A stretch of 30,607 nt of DNA from a virus (lineage: Duplodnaviria; Caudoviricetes), in the IMG/VR virus record IMGVR_UViG_3300038464_000015, positions 1-30,607 of that record; one strand, given 5' to 3'. A model generated the notes under the pieces. The model worked only from the letters and a program-made list of their open reading frames with translations. It had not been told where the DNA came from and searched no databases. Position numbers and translations under genes: made by a program. Below, piece after piece: positions 17,837 to 25,517 of this stretch. The first letter of the stretch is position 1; each line of letters begins with the position of its first letter.

Positions 17837-19386
17837 CTCCACCCCCCGCCCATGAATGGGCTCGTCTGTTGTATCGTCACCATGTTGGAGATGTCCACCA
17901 GATTCGTGGTCTTCTCCACGCTGTAACCGTCAGAAAACTGCATCCATGCGTCCGCGCACTCGGAATGCCCTTTGGATTTGTCGGGGATGTCAAGCCAGCA
18001 CGAATGCCGTGTGTCCCAGGTCTTCCCATAGCAATCGAGATGCTTGATCCCATCGGCGCAGTTCGTCTTGTCGAACCAGACGTTTGGGAGCTTCGTTCGT
18101 GCCTTGTTGATGGACACCATTTTATCCGGCGTGCGCGGCACCACGACGATGTTCGTCAAGCCCAGGTCTTCCAGGATCTTCTTGGCGGTGTTCGCCTGCC
18201 CGCTGGTCTTAACCTGCCTCCGGTGGTCCGCGTCGTGCGGAAGGAAGTGCGTTCCGAAGACGTATCCGAACCGCTGCATCGCGGCGACGTAAACATCCCA
18301 CTCCTGCTCCCAGTCCTCGTAGTATCGGATGAAGTTGTCCTGCCCGTCGCGGTGCTGGAAAAACCAGATGCCCGTGCCGTCGGATCGCCCGATGTCCCAG
18401 AAGGTATGGACGGGGTACCCGCGCTGCCAGGGAACGTCCGTGATGCGCCCATTCTTGCGAATGGACTTCATCTGCTCCGTGAACCAACATCCCTCGGTGG
18501 ACTGGTCGAACGCCTCCTCCGCGAAGCTCGGGAACTCCTGGTGCATCTGCTGGGGGTCGCCGCCGTAGTTGTTGCGCCGGATCGAGCAGTACCATTGCCG
18601 CTGGCCCTGGGAAAGTGTGATCCCGTTCCGGGCTTCGATGGTGGCGAAGTACTCGTCATCGGCAGGCGACACGACCTCGGAAGAATCCTCCAGGGAGTAC
18701 TCGTCCATGTCGAACCAGGAGAAGAAGTGGAACTTCCAATCCAGCGGGCAGGGAATGTGACCGGCCTCGACGCGCTTGATCGCCTCCAGGACGAGATCTG
18801 CGAAGACCCCACCTTTCCCTTCGGCGGTGCTCTCGATGCATCCCCAACCGTCTTTCGGGAGGCCGGTGATCGATCCCGTCATGACCTCACGGGCCTTCCC
18901 AGGGTAGCGAGCTGCCGTCTTGCCAAGCTCCGAGATATGGAGCATGAACGGCGTCTGACCGCGTGCGGAGGAGGTCACTTCGATGCAGGATCCGTTGTTG
19001 AACTCCAGCATGGTCTTGGAGTCGGAGATCGTGTGCCGGCCCTTGAGGACCACAGGAGGCATGTGCTCCCAGGCGTAGACGATGGTATTCCGGAACAGGG
19101 CGGAGGCGGTCCCCTTGTCCTGAGCCTGAATCACGGTGCGCGTATTGTCCCGGAAGATCGCTTGATCGAGCTGGATCAATGCCCAACAGGTCGTCAATCC
19201 GATTTGACGACCTTTGAGGACGAGATTCCGGTGTCCCAGATTGTCGAGAAATTTCCGTTGCGCCCGATTCGGAATGAATTGAACATCTTTGCCGGATTTA
19301 TCGACGATGTGGTATAGATGTTCCAATCGCCAGCGCCACGACCCGAGGCATTTTTTCAATTCCTCTTTCGTGTACTGCTCGCTCAT
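17833..19386 (-). CDS. terL: Terminase large subunit
   Basis: Walker A VLKGRQIGLTT, Walker B LHISE, motif III ESTA, nuclease motifs FWDIG, HFLPHD and SECADA. Confidence 0.95.
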   Translation of the reverse strand: MSEQYTKEELKKCLGSWRWRLEHLYHIVDKSGKDVQFIPNRAQRKFLDNLGHRNLVLKGRQIGLTTCWALIQLDQAIFRDNTRTVIQAQDKGTASALFRNTIVYAWEHMPPVVLKGRHTISDSKTMLEFNNGSCIEVTSSARGQTPFMLHISELGKTAARYPGKAREVMTGSITGLPKDGWGCIESTAEGKGGVFADLVLEAIKRVEAGHIPCPLDWKFHFFSWFDMDEYSLEDSSEVVSPADDEYFATIEARNGITLSQGQRQWYCSIRRNNYGGDPQQMHQEFPSFAEEAFDQSTEGCWFTEQMKSIRKNGRITDVPWQRGYPVHTFWDIGRSDGTGIWFFQHRDGQDNFIRYYEDWEQEWDVYVAAMQRFGYVFGTHFLPHDADHRRQVKTSGQANTAKKILEDLGLTNIVVVPRTPDKMVSINKARTKLPNVWFDKTNCADGIKHLDCYGKTWDTRHSCWLDIPDKSKGHSECADAWMQFSDGYSVEKTTNLVDISNMVTIQQTSPFMGGGWR

Positions 19387-19901
19387 GCGCCTAATTCGTT
19401 TTCGCGATTCGATTTGATAAATGCGAATGGGTCGAACTTGTGTGCGTCGGGATCGTCCAGCTCCCGGACCCTGCGGACCCCCTCCATCGCGTCCTTGGCT
19501 GCGGAGATGTTGTCCCGAAGCTCCTTCGAGCTGAGTCCCCCTGCTTCCAGGGCAGTCTTCGCCGCCTTGAGGCCGAGCCGGAAAACCTCGTCCGCCGTGA
19601 CCATGGCATCCACCGCTAGGGCAACGCCTTTGCCGACGGTAGCCTTGACCGCCTCATCTACCTCCGGGTTGGGAAGGCCAGCCATCTGGCCAGAGACGAG
19701 GGCGCGGGTCGTTTCAAGCCCATCCTGCCCTATTCCCTTGAGGCGGCGCGTCAACGTCTTGTAGGGGATCCCGTACCGCTTGGCGATCTGTGGTTGAGTC
19801 AGGACGCCAGCGCGCCAGTCCGCGATGGCGGCTTTCATGGCATCTGGGTCGTATTCGGTCGGAGTTCGTGCCACGGACAGAATATACGTCGTTTTGTCCA
19901 C
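19383..19901 (-). CDS. Terminase small subunit (HTH)
   Basis: N-terminal HTH LTQPQIAKRYGIPYKTLTRR; ATGA-coupled to TerL. Confidence 0.75.
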   Translation of the reverse strand: MDKTTYILSVARTPTEYDPDAMKAAIADWRAGVLTQPQIAKRYGIPYKTLTRRLKGIGQDGLETTRALVSGQMAGLPNPEVDEAVKATVGKGVALAVDAMVTADEVFRLGLKAAKTALEAGGLSSKELRDNISAAKDAMEGVRRVRELDDPDAHKFDPFAFIKSNRENELGA

Positions 19902-19924
19902 TCATGGACAGAATTGGACGGAAC

Positions 19925-20164
19925 CTAGAGGCGGATCTTAGCTATTCCATCATCTGATGGCCCATCAAACCTGAAGTAGATGGGCTGGAGTCGTATCGGT
20001 GAAATCGCCAAAACAGGAGAGCGCTGGATTGTTATCGTCCTGCCTGTTGACTTCTCGTCGATCTCGATTTTTCCCTCCTTTAACAAGGAGTCGATAACCT
20101 TTGTCTCTTCGGGATTGGCGGATTGGAATATGGCCCCGATACCCTCTTTTCCTGGGCGCGTCAC
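19925..20164 (-). CDS. Hypothetical protein
   Basis: GTGA-coupled to the upstream ORF, with a purine-rich SD. Confidence 0.55.
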   Translation of the reverse strand: MTRPGKEGIGAIFQSANPEETKVIDSLLKEGKIEIDEKSTGRTITIQRSPVLAISPIRLQPIYFRFDGPSDDGIAKIRL

Positions 20165-20577
20165 TTCTTCCCCCTCCTCTTGACTTCCCGGACCAATGCC
20201 TCTGTGTCCACGTCCTCAACCTTCGCTGGCCCTTGGATCGCCAGCCGGAACAAGTAGCACCGCGCCAGATGCTGCGCCGTCGGGCTCGGATCCCACTGAT
20301 TCCCGAAAGCGTGAATGCTCGTCTGAGCCTCCAGAGGTTCGCCCGTGAAGCTCCCGACCAGCGCGTCCAGGTTGGCGAGTACCGCGTCCTGCCAGTGCTC
20401 CAGCGGATGTGGGGCCTTCCAGGGCGCTTGGACCTCCAGGACCTCCACGGATGCGTGGATCACCCCTTTGCGCCCTTCTAGGGCTATCTCTGACCTCGCA
20501 TGGGGCGCGTCGAGGTCCAGGACGCGGAGCTTTTCCTGCTCCTGGACTGGGATGGAGAAGTTGTTGATGGAGATCAT
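20161..20577 (-). CDS. Hypothetical protein
   Basis: ATGA-coupled; ends with a DTEALVREVKRR motif common in small phage proteins. Confidence 0.7.
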   Translation of the reverse strand: MISINNFSIPVQEQEKLRVLDLDAPHARSEIALEGRKGVIHASVEVLEVQAPWKAPHPLEHWQDAVLANLDALVGSFTGEPLEAQTSIHAFGNQWDPSPTAQHLARCYLFRLAIQGPAKVEDVDTEALVREVKRRGKK

Positions 20578-20996
20578 GGTTTCAACTCCATCCCATGCGC
20601 TTCTAAAACTCTCCTAATCTGATTTATTGCCTTATCTCCGCAGCCATTATATTGCCTGAATGAAGTTTCACTCACCATTGCTATCCCTTCAAGGGATGAT
20701 GGGGTATATGGGGAAAAAGCAAGCCTTATGACTTTTTTCACCCTCGGTGTGAACCATGGGAGGTTTTCGTCAAGCGGAGTTTCCCTCCCCTTCCACTGCC
20801 CGCAGAAGTCGTCGCTGTACATCTTCTCTTTCACTGGGAAAACGCAACATTGCCCAAAATCTTCTCGGAACGATTCGTTCCCCTCAAAGAATTCCGGGAA
20901 CTTTTCGTGAGCCTCCTTTGTTGGGACTGGCTTGCCGTGGATCAAATACGAGATTTGCTCCGCTTTCCACCACCTGCACGTCGCGCAGTTATTCAT
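20574..20996 (-). CDS. Cys-rich N-domain plus RNA polymerase alpha-CTD-like C-domain
   Basis: CATCRWW..GQCC..DDFCGQW, then FTPRVKKVIR..SLEGIAMVSETSFRQYNGCGDKAINQIRRVLEAHGMEL, which aligns by eye to RpoA CTD (LSVR..L..NLGKKSL.EI...L...GL). AGGAG SD. Confidence 0.6.
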   Translation of the reverse strand: MNNCATCRWWKAEQISYLIHGKPVPTKEAHEKFPEFFEGNESFREDFGQCCVFPVKEKMYSDDFCGQWKGRETPLDENLPWFTPRVKKVIRLAFSPYTPSSLEGIAMVSETSFRQYNGCGDKAINQIRRVLEAHGMELKP

Positions 20997-21015
20997 TTTT
21001 CTCTCCTACTCCCTC

Positions 21016-21099
21016 GCCGCCTGGACTCTGAGGCGCGAACCATTCCTTGCGGAAGCGAGTCCAGACGGCTTAGGATGACTTGATTTCCGGCGGTTCGCG
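21016..21099 (-). ncRNA. Structured cis RNA upstream of the alpha-CTD-like gene
   Basis: 13-bp stem GCCGTCTGGACTC/GAGTCCAGGCGGC encloses TTCC-GCAA-GGAA and unpaired GGTTCGCG, which is complementary to upstream CGCGAACC. Confidence 0.5.
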
Positions 21100-21118
21100 T
21101 CGTCGGTGTGGATTGAAC

Positions 21119-21274
21119 TTACCGCTGCGGCTCGGGGAAGTCAAGGCTTTTCCGCAGGCGGTCCAGATCCACCCCATCCTCCACCCAGAGGATGCGCGGC
21201 CTCAATTCCTCGATGCCTCTCATTGGCGCTGCGGATGGCCTAGGAGGCGTCGGGGAGGTCGGTGCGCTGTTCAT
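21119..21274 (-). CDS. Hypothetical 51-aa protein
   Basis: MNSAPTSP...RILWVEDGVDLDRLRKSL; ATGA-coupled to the DnaC-like stop. Confidence 0.45.
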   Translation of the reverse strand: MNSAPTSPTPPRPSAAPMRGIEELRPRILWVEDGVDLDRLRKSLDFPEPQR

Positions 21275-22071
21275 GCCGTCTTCCTGCCTCTCCAAGACGC
21301 CCAGGCCATCGGGATCGCCGCGCTGCCATGATCCTCCTTGAGTCGGTCCATGATGCGGTCGCCCGCCGCCAACTTGATCGCGTCGAGCCCCAGGTTGGAG
21401 ATCAGGATCGTTGGGAGGAGGTTGTTGTACCGTCCGCAGACGACCGCGTTCAGCATGGCCCGCTCGTGGTCGCTGCCCAGGCCAGCACCAACCTCGTCCA
21501 CAACCAAGAGCCCGCGCCCCATGAGTCGCCCCAAGATCCCTTTCTCCGTCGTGCCATGGTCCTCGTCGTTGTAGCTTTCTCGGACCTCCTGGGCGATCTC
21601 GGCGGCGGTGATGTATTCCCCGGCGAATCGGTTCTGGTCGATCCGGAAGCGGTGATGCAGGGCTGCGATTGCCAGATGCGTCTTGCCGGTGCCAGGGGGG
21701 CCAAAAAGGAGAACCATCGCGGAGCTTTTTCGATCCATCGCCATGCGCTCGATTGCATTTTTGGCTCGCTGGTGTTCTTTCGTGGGGGCCTCGAATTCCT
21801 TGAGCCCCTTCCCGATGTACCGGGATTTTACCCCTCCTTCCCTCTTGGCGCGATCCCATGCGCACGAAATTTCGATAGCCTCTTCCCGAGCCAAAAACTT
21901 GCGTCCGTGTTCGGTTGCGCAAAGCTCTTCAATCCTGCATTGAAGCCTTGCAACCTTTTCTGGATCGAAATCGAATTCTCTTTGGCTCCTACGAAGCTCT
22001 CGTATCTCGAATTCCGTCCATTCGTATGTTCCCGCCTCGAATATGTTGGCTGGATGGACTGGAAATTCCAT
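21271..22071 (-). CDS. DnaC/IstB-like AAA+ helicase loader
   Basis: Walker A GPPGTGKTHLA, Walker B LLVVDEVG, RYNNLLPTILISN, GDRIMDRL. Start moved to MEFPVHP just after the rep stop. Confidence 0.9.
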   Translation of the reverse strand: MEFPVHPANIFEAGTYEWTEFEIRELRRSQREFDFDPEKVARLQCRIEELCATEHGRKFLAREEAIEISCAWDRAKREGGVKSRYIGKGLKEFEAPTKEHQRAKNAIERMAMDRKSSAMVLLFGPPGTGKTHLAIAALHHRFRIDQNRFAGEYITAAEIAQEVRESYNDEDHGTTEKGILGRLMGRGLLVVDEVGAGLGSDHERAMLNAVVCGRYNNLLPTILISNLGLDAIKLAAGDRIMDRLKEDHGSAAIPMAWASWRGRKTA

Positions 22072-22084
22072 TGGCGCACGCGGA

Positions 22085-22921
22085 CTATTTATTGTATTCG
22101 TCAAGTCCTGCGGTGTAATCCGTTGTGGCAAATCCATTGAATTGCACTCCTTTCTTTTGTGGGCGCTGGTCTCTTTGTTTTGGTGGTGGGAATATTCCGC
22201 GATAATGCTTTTCAATCGACGACTCTATCCAAAGTATCGCCATTTCTGGAGTCTTTGCTTCTCGTTCAAGTTTATTGAAAGAGATTGTCGCCGACGCTTT
22301 CGTTACACGCTCCTTCCTCTCGTGCCGGTCTGAGGTCCAGGAATGCCATGCGCAGATGAATTCTGGAGTTTGAAAGTGAAGCGGGATCATGTCGTCGAGT
22401 TCGTCAGCCTGGAATGATGGCCTTCGCTGCTGTTTCCCTTTTGTTTCTTGGAGAACCTTAGAAGGAGAACCTTTAGGGGAGTACCTTACTGTCCCGTTTG
22501 GGGGGACGGGTGGGTGTCCCGTTTGGGGGGACACCTCCTGTCCCGTTTGGGGGGACGGGTCCCCATTTGGGATGGGTCCTAACCTGTCCCGTTTGGGGGG
22601 ACGGGTTACCGCCTCAACCTGTCCCGTTTGGGGGGACGGGTGCCAGTGCTTTGCCAGGGTGATTCGGTACACCGTCGGGCACCCTGTCTTTGATTCCCGC
22701 TCAAGCATTCCACGAGATTCCAGGGCGCGAATTGCAGCGAATAAGGTGTCTCGTTTGATTCGGCAGATCGCGGCCATGGATTCGGCGCTAGCGTAGCATT
22801 CGCCACCATTGGCGCGGCGGGAAATGTGGCAGAATACGCGGAATTCCTGCACCGTCAATCCAGCCTCATCGAGACTGGAATGAATGAAGGAGGATCCGTC
22901 TTTATTCTGCTCAGATTTCAT
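22085..22921 (-). CDS. Phage replication initiator (N-terminal wHTH) with internal origin
   Basis: LTVQEFRVFCHI..CYASAESMA..IKRDTLFAAIRALESRGML; C-terminal W..W..R..SIEKHYRGIF; iterons mid-gene; DnaC-like gene downstream. Confidence 0.85.
   Translation of the reverse strand: MKSEQNKDGSSFIHSSLDEAGLTVQEFRVFCHISRRANGGECYASAESMAAICRIKRDTLFAAIRALESRGMLERESKTGCPTVYRITLAKHWHPSPQTGQVEAVTRPPKRDRLGPIPNGDPSPQTGQEVSPQTGHPPVPPNGTVRYSPKGSPSKVLQETKGKQQRRPSFQADELDDMIPLHFQTPEFICAWHSWTSDRHERKERVTKASATISFNKLEREAKTPEMAILWIESSIEKHYRGIFPPPKQRDQRPQKKGVQFNGFATTDYTAGLDEYNK
22490..22637. repeat. Replication origin iterons: five copies of TGTCCCGTTTGGGGGGAC
   Basis: Copies at 22490, 22515, 22539, 22585 and 22620, with a degenerate copy near 22558. 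Located inside the initiator gene, as in lambda O. Confidence 0.9.
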
Positions 22922-22998
22922 TCCTTTCCGGCTCCGTCAAGCGTCTTAAGCCGCATCGCCGGCCATTTAGGGTGCTTGTATTCGTCTGCCTTGGTCAT
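22918..22998 (-). pseudogene. 26-aa ORF resembling the N-terminus of a phage HNH endonuclease
   Basis: MTKADEYKHPKWPAMRLKTLDGAGKE; GGAG SD; ATGA-coupled to rep. Confidence 0.4.
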
Positions 22999-23252
22999 TC
23001 TGGTCTCCAAACATGAACGCCCCAAGGGCATCCTGATGACGCCCCATCACGTTTCCGCTTTGGGCAGGAGGAGCCTTGGGGCTCATTCGGTTCCGTCGGT
23101 TCCTGGCGTCACTCAGACCGTTAGTTGTTCCCCGTCTTCCCGAGGTGCCAGCCGGTGCGCCCGGCGTCAATTGTACGGGTCTCTCCCCGCTTGTCACCGA
23201 TGGCCTGCGAAGAGCTACAACGCCCAGCCCGCACGGTTTGCGTCCCCTCAAT

Positions 23253-24026
23253 CTACTTCCCCTCCGCCACTCCCGCAACCGGAACGAGCGTCCCGGTCGT
23301 CACCTTCCCAGCGATCCATGCGATGCCCGCGGGCGTGAACCGCGCCTGTCGGAAAGCGTGGCCGTGTTCTTCCCCTACCTTGACCTCGAAGCGCCCGGTG
23401 TCGAGATGTTCAGCAAACGGCACCAAGTCCCCGCCTAGGCGGTACATGATCCGCCTGGACTCCACGGCGGCCACAAATTCCCGCTCCCGGATCCCGAGGA
23501 TCTTGGCGACCGCGCGGATGGGCTGCGAGGTCTTCGCTTGGACGTACCGGTCCCGGAACTCGACGGCGGTCTGCGCCTCTGCCAGGGCGCCGCGCTGGTC
23601 CTCGATGATGCGTTGCTGGTCGGCCGCGAGCTGGAGAGCGTCCGCGAAGGTGCGAGGGATGGCCAGGGAATAGCCTCCGGTGCGGCGGATCTCTGGAAGG
23701 ACCTCGTGGGTGATCCACCGTTTGAAGGCCTTCGCTTCAGGCTTGCGGGACCCAAGGACCAAGGCGTAGAGGCCCGCCTCCGAAATCGTGGTCACCTGTT
23801 GGGGCCCGCCGGGGGTGTCGGTTGAAGCGACCCCCCTTTCATCTTCATCCAGGCGTGCGACTGCATCGCGAGGATTCGCGACGTCTAGGGCCCGGCAAAC
23901 GTCGGCAGCGACGAACCACGGCTCCCCTTCCTTTCCGATGGTCCGGATGTGGGCCCCAATCGCTGGATTATCCCAGATGCGGACCTGGTTGGTGTTTTCT
24001 GGCTGAAATTCCACAATTTCCTCCAA
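23253..24026 (-). CDS. Bro-N / ANT (KilAC) antirepressor
   Basis: GEPWFVAADVCRAL..ISEAGLYALVLGSRKPEAKAFKRWITHEVLPEIRRTGGY, P.TFADAL.LAAD, and an ANT tail ending FTPAGIAWI. TTG start with GGAGG 8 nt upstream (alternative GTG at 24014). Confidence 0.9.
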   Translation of the reverse strand: MEEIVEFQPENTNQVRIWDNPAIGAHIRTIGKEGEPWFVAADVCRALDVANPRDAVARLDEDERGVASTDTPGGPQQVTTISEAGLYALVLGSRKPEAKAFKRWITHEVLPEIRRTGGYSLAIPRTFADALQLAADQQRIIEDQRGALAEAQTAVEFRDRYVQAKTSQPIRAVAKILGIREREFVAAVESRRIMYRLGGDLVPFAEHLDTGRFEVKVGEEHGHAFRQARFTPAGIAWIAGKVTTGTLVPVAGVAEGK

Positions 24027-24039
24027 CGAAAAGACCTCC

Positions 24040-24101
24040 TGGATCGGGGGTTTGACGGACTGGGCACGCGTCCCAGCGGCCTTGCGGCCACCCCCGGCCC
24101 A
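24040..24101 (-). ncRNA. C4-like antisense RNA upstream of the antirepressor
   Basis: Three-way junction: P1 TGGGCCGGGGG/CCCCCGATCCA, TGGCC-GCAA-GGCCG and CTGGG-ACGCGTG-CCCAG. CCGTCAAACCC is complementary to upstream GGGTTTGACGG (24140-24150). Confidence 0.6.
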
Positions 24102-24169
24102 GAAGGCCGAAATTGTTGCGTGATGGCTTCCGCAGTGGGCCGTCAAACCCGGGTGCGGATCGGTTGAAC

Positions 24170-24574
24170 TTACTTCCCTGCTCCCTCTAGCGCAAGCGGC
24201 TCGCGCTTCGGATCCGGCCACAACGTCACCGGAAGACCCATCGCGGCCATGTGGCGAGCCGTGCGCCGGAACTCCTTGGTCTGGTGACCCTTGGCGTCCT
24301 CCCGGACCTCCACGCCGCCCTTGCTGTACGCGAAATCCGCCGTGTAGGTGCCGATCTCGACCCCCTGGACCAGGAGCGGGAACTTGACGTGGTGCCGAAG
24401 ATCCGAAATCTCGCCTATCCGCTGGAGGACGCGCAGGGTGTTCCAGCGGGAAAGCTCCAGACCGCTGTCGAACACCTCGGCGTCCTGGACGCGCTTCCGG
24501 TTCCCCATCTTCGACCGCTTCCGCTCGCCCCGGATCTGGGCCAGGGCGGCGGCGATGTCCTCGGGAGTGCTCAC
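24170..24574 (-). CDS. DUF1064-family PD-(D/E)XK nuclease
   Basis: SKMGNRK..FDSGLE..L.R.GEISDL..YTADFAY..EDAKG. Confidence 0.85.
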   Translation of the reverse strand: MSTPEDIAAALAQIRGERKRSKMGNRKRVQDAEVFDSGLELSRWNTLRVLQRIGEISDLRHHVKFPLLVQGVEIGTYTADFAYSKGGVEVREDAKGHQTKEFRRTARHMAAMGLPVTLWPDPKREPLALEGAGK

Positions 24575-24894
24575 GGAATCGTCCGTTCCAACGTCTCCTC
24601 GACCCGGAAGGCGTACCCGCCAACGTCGCGCCAGTGGTCGTCGTAGTTTGCGTCTCCCGCCATGATCCGAGCCACCTTGTGGAGGATCATTTCCAACGCT
24701 TCCTGCTGGTGCGGATCGAGTTGCGCCCAGGCTGAGACGACATGTTCGTGAGTTTGAACCCGCTGGAAGTCCATCCCACGAGAGCCGCGCACAACCCGCT
24801 TGAGTGCCTGTGCGATGTCGGATTGCGTGCGGAAGTCACCGTGCCTGGATTTCCTCGCCGCAAGCAGTGCGTCCATCTTTTCCTCTGCCATCAT
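24571..24894 (-). CDS. DUF6378-like protein
   Basis: LAARKSRHGDF..QALK..QEALEMILHKVARIMAGD.NY.DHW.DVGGYA. Confidence 0.8.
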   Translation of the reverse strand: MMAEEKMDALLAARKSRHGDFRTQSDIAQALKRVVRGSRGMDFQRVQTHEHVVSAWAQLDPHQQEALEMILHKVARIMAGDANYDDHWRDVGGYAFRVEETLERTIP

Positions 24895-25002
24895 TTCTCC
24901 TTCACTCTGATTGTTTTCGCCTTCGTGATCCGGCTCGGCCTGGGAACATGGGGCATTTCGCGTAGCAGGCCACGGAAGCCGGGTATTCGGTTTCGCCCGG
25001 GT

Positions 25003-25263
25003 TCACCCGCGGTCCTCGCATTCCCGTGCCTCCAGGAAGTCCAGCACGTCCTGGACGGTGCGCCATTTCATCGCGTCCTCCCACTTGATCGTGCGCTCCG
25101 TCTCGTCCTCCAAGCGGTCGCAGATGATGAGCTGAGGGCACCAGATGGCATCGTGCAGGTGCGCCGGGCCGAACAGGTCTTCCCAGGTGGAGGACGGGAG
25201 GACCGTCTCGGGGATGCACTTAGCGAGGTCGGCCAGGATGATTCGGAGGGCGGGGAGGGTCAT
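25003..25263 (-). CDS. Acyl-carrier-protein-like protein lacking the phosphopantetheine serine
   Basis: Start MTLPALR (GGAGG SD, ATGA overlap). PETVLPSSTWEDL..DAIW..LEDETERTIKWEDAMKWRTVQDVLDFLE matches the ACP pattern LEEEF..I..E.A....TV.D...YI. Confidence 0.65.
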   Translation of the reverse strand: MTLPALRIILADLAKCIPETVLPSSTWEDLFGPAHLHDAIWCPQLIICDRLEDETERTIKWEDAMKWRTVQDVLDFLEARECEDRG

Positions 25264-25424
25264 CGATCCCTCCACATTCTGCACCATCCAGGAAAGAACA
25301 GCGCCCAATTCCTGTCAAAGAAACCGAAGAACAGACACGAACGGTATCCGCCATCCCCGAAGTAGAACGTGATATGCGTTCTCTTCCAGTTCGGCGGACC
25401 TTCCATCAGATCGAATCCAAGCAT
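25260..25424 (-). CDS. Hypothetical 54-aa aromatic-rich protein
   Basis: AGGAGG SD before MLGFDLMEG; its stop overlaps the ACP-like start. Confidence 0.5.
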   Translation of the reverse strand: MLGFDLMEGPPNWKRTHITFYFGDGGYRSCLFFGFFDRNWALFFPGWCRMWRDR

Positions 25425-25451
25425 CTCTCCTCCTCGCCTTTCGGCATGTAA

Positions 25452-25517
25452 GCGGGATTTCCGGATTCGAACCGGATCAGATGGTCGATCAAGCCATCCT
25501 AGCGCCATGCAATCCCA
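25452..25517 (-). ncRNA. tRNA-like element lacking a D-arm
   Basis: Acceptor TGGGATT/AATCCCG, T-arm TCCGG-TTCGAAT-CCGGA, stem GATGG/CCATC with 9-nt loop CTTGATCGA. Only 12 nt in place of the D-arm; no encoded CCA. Confidence 0.55.

Noticed and set aside
10752-19317. Long plus-strand ORFs (10752-11897, 13214-14368, 15229-16266, 17869-19317)
   Set aside because: Shadow ORFs opposite well-supported structural genes, with no recognisable motifs.
23253-24623. 456-aa version of the antirepressor
   Set aside because: The extension overlaps the DUF1064 gene and the structured RNA; a good SD supports a start at 24026 or 24014.
24902-25006. 34-codon GTGA-coupled ORF (and the similar 42-codon ORF at 25525-25653)
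   Set aside because: Coupling is suggestive, but they are too short and featureless to support as genes.
25452-25517. Calling the element a functional tRNA-Ser(UGA)
   Set aside because: No D-stem, a 9-nt loop and no long variable arm; kept only as tRNA-like.
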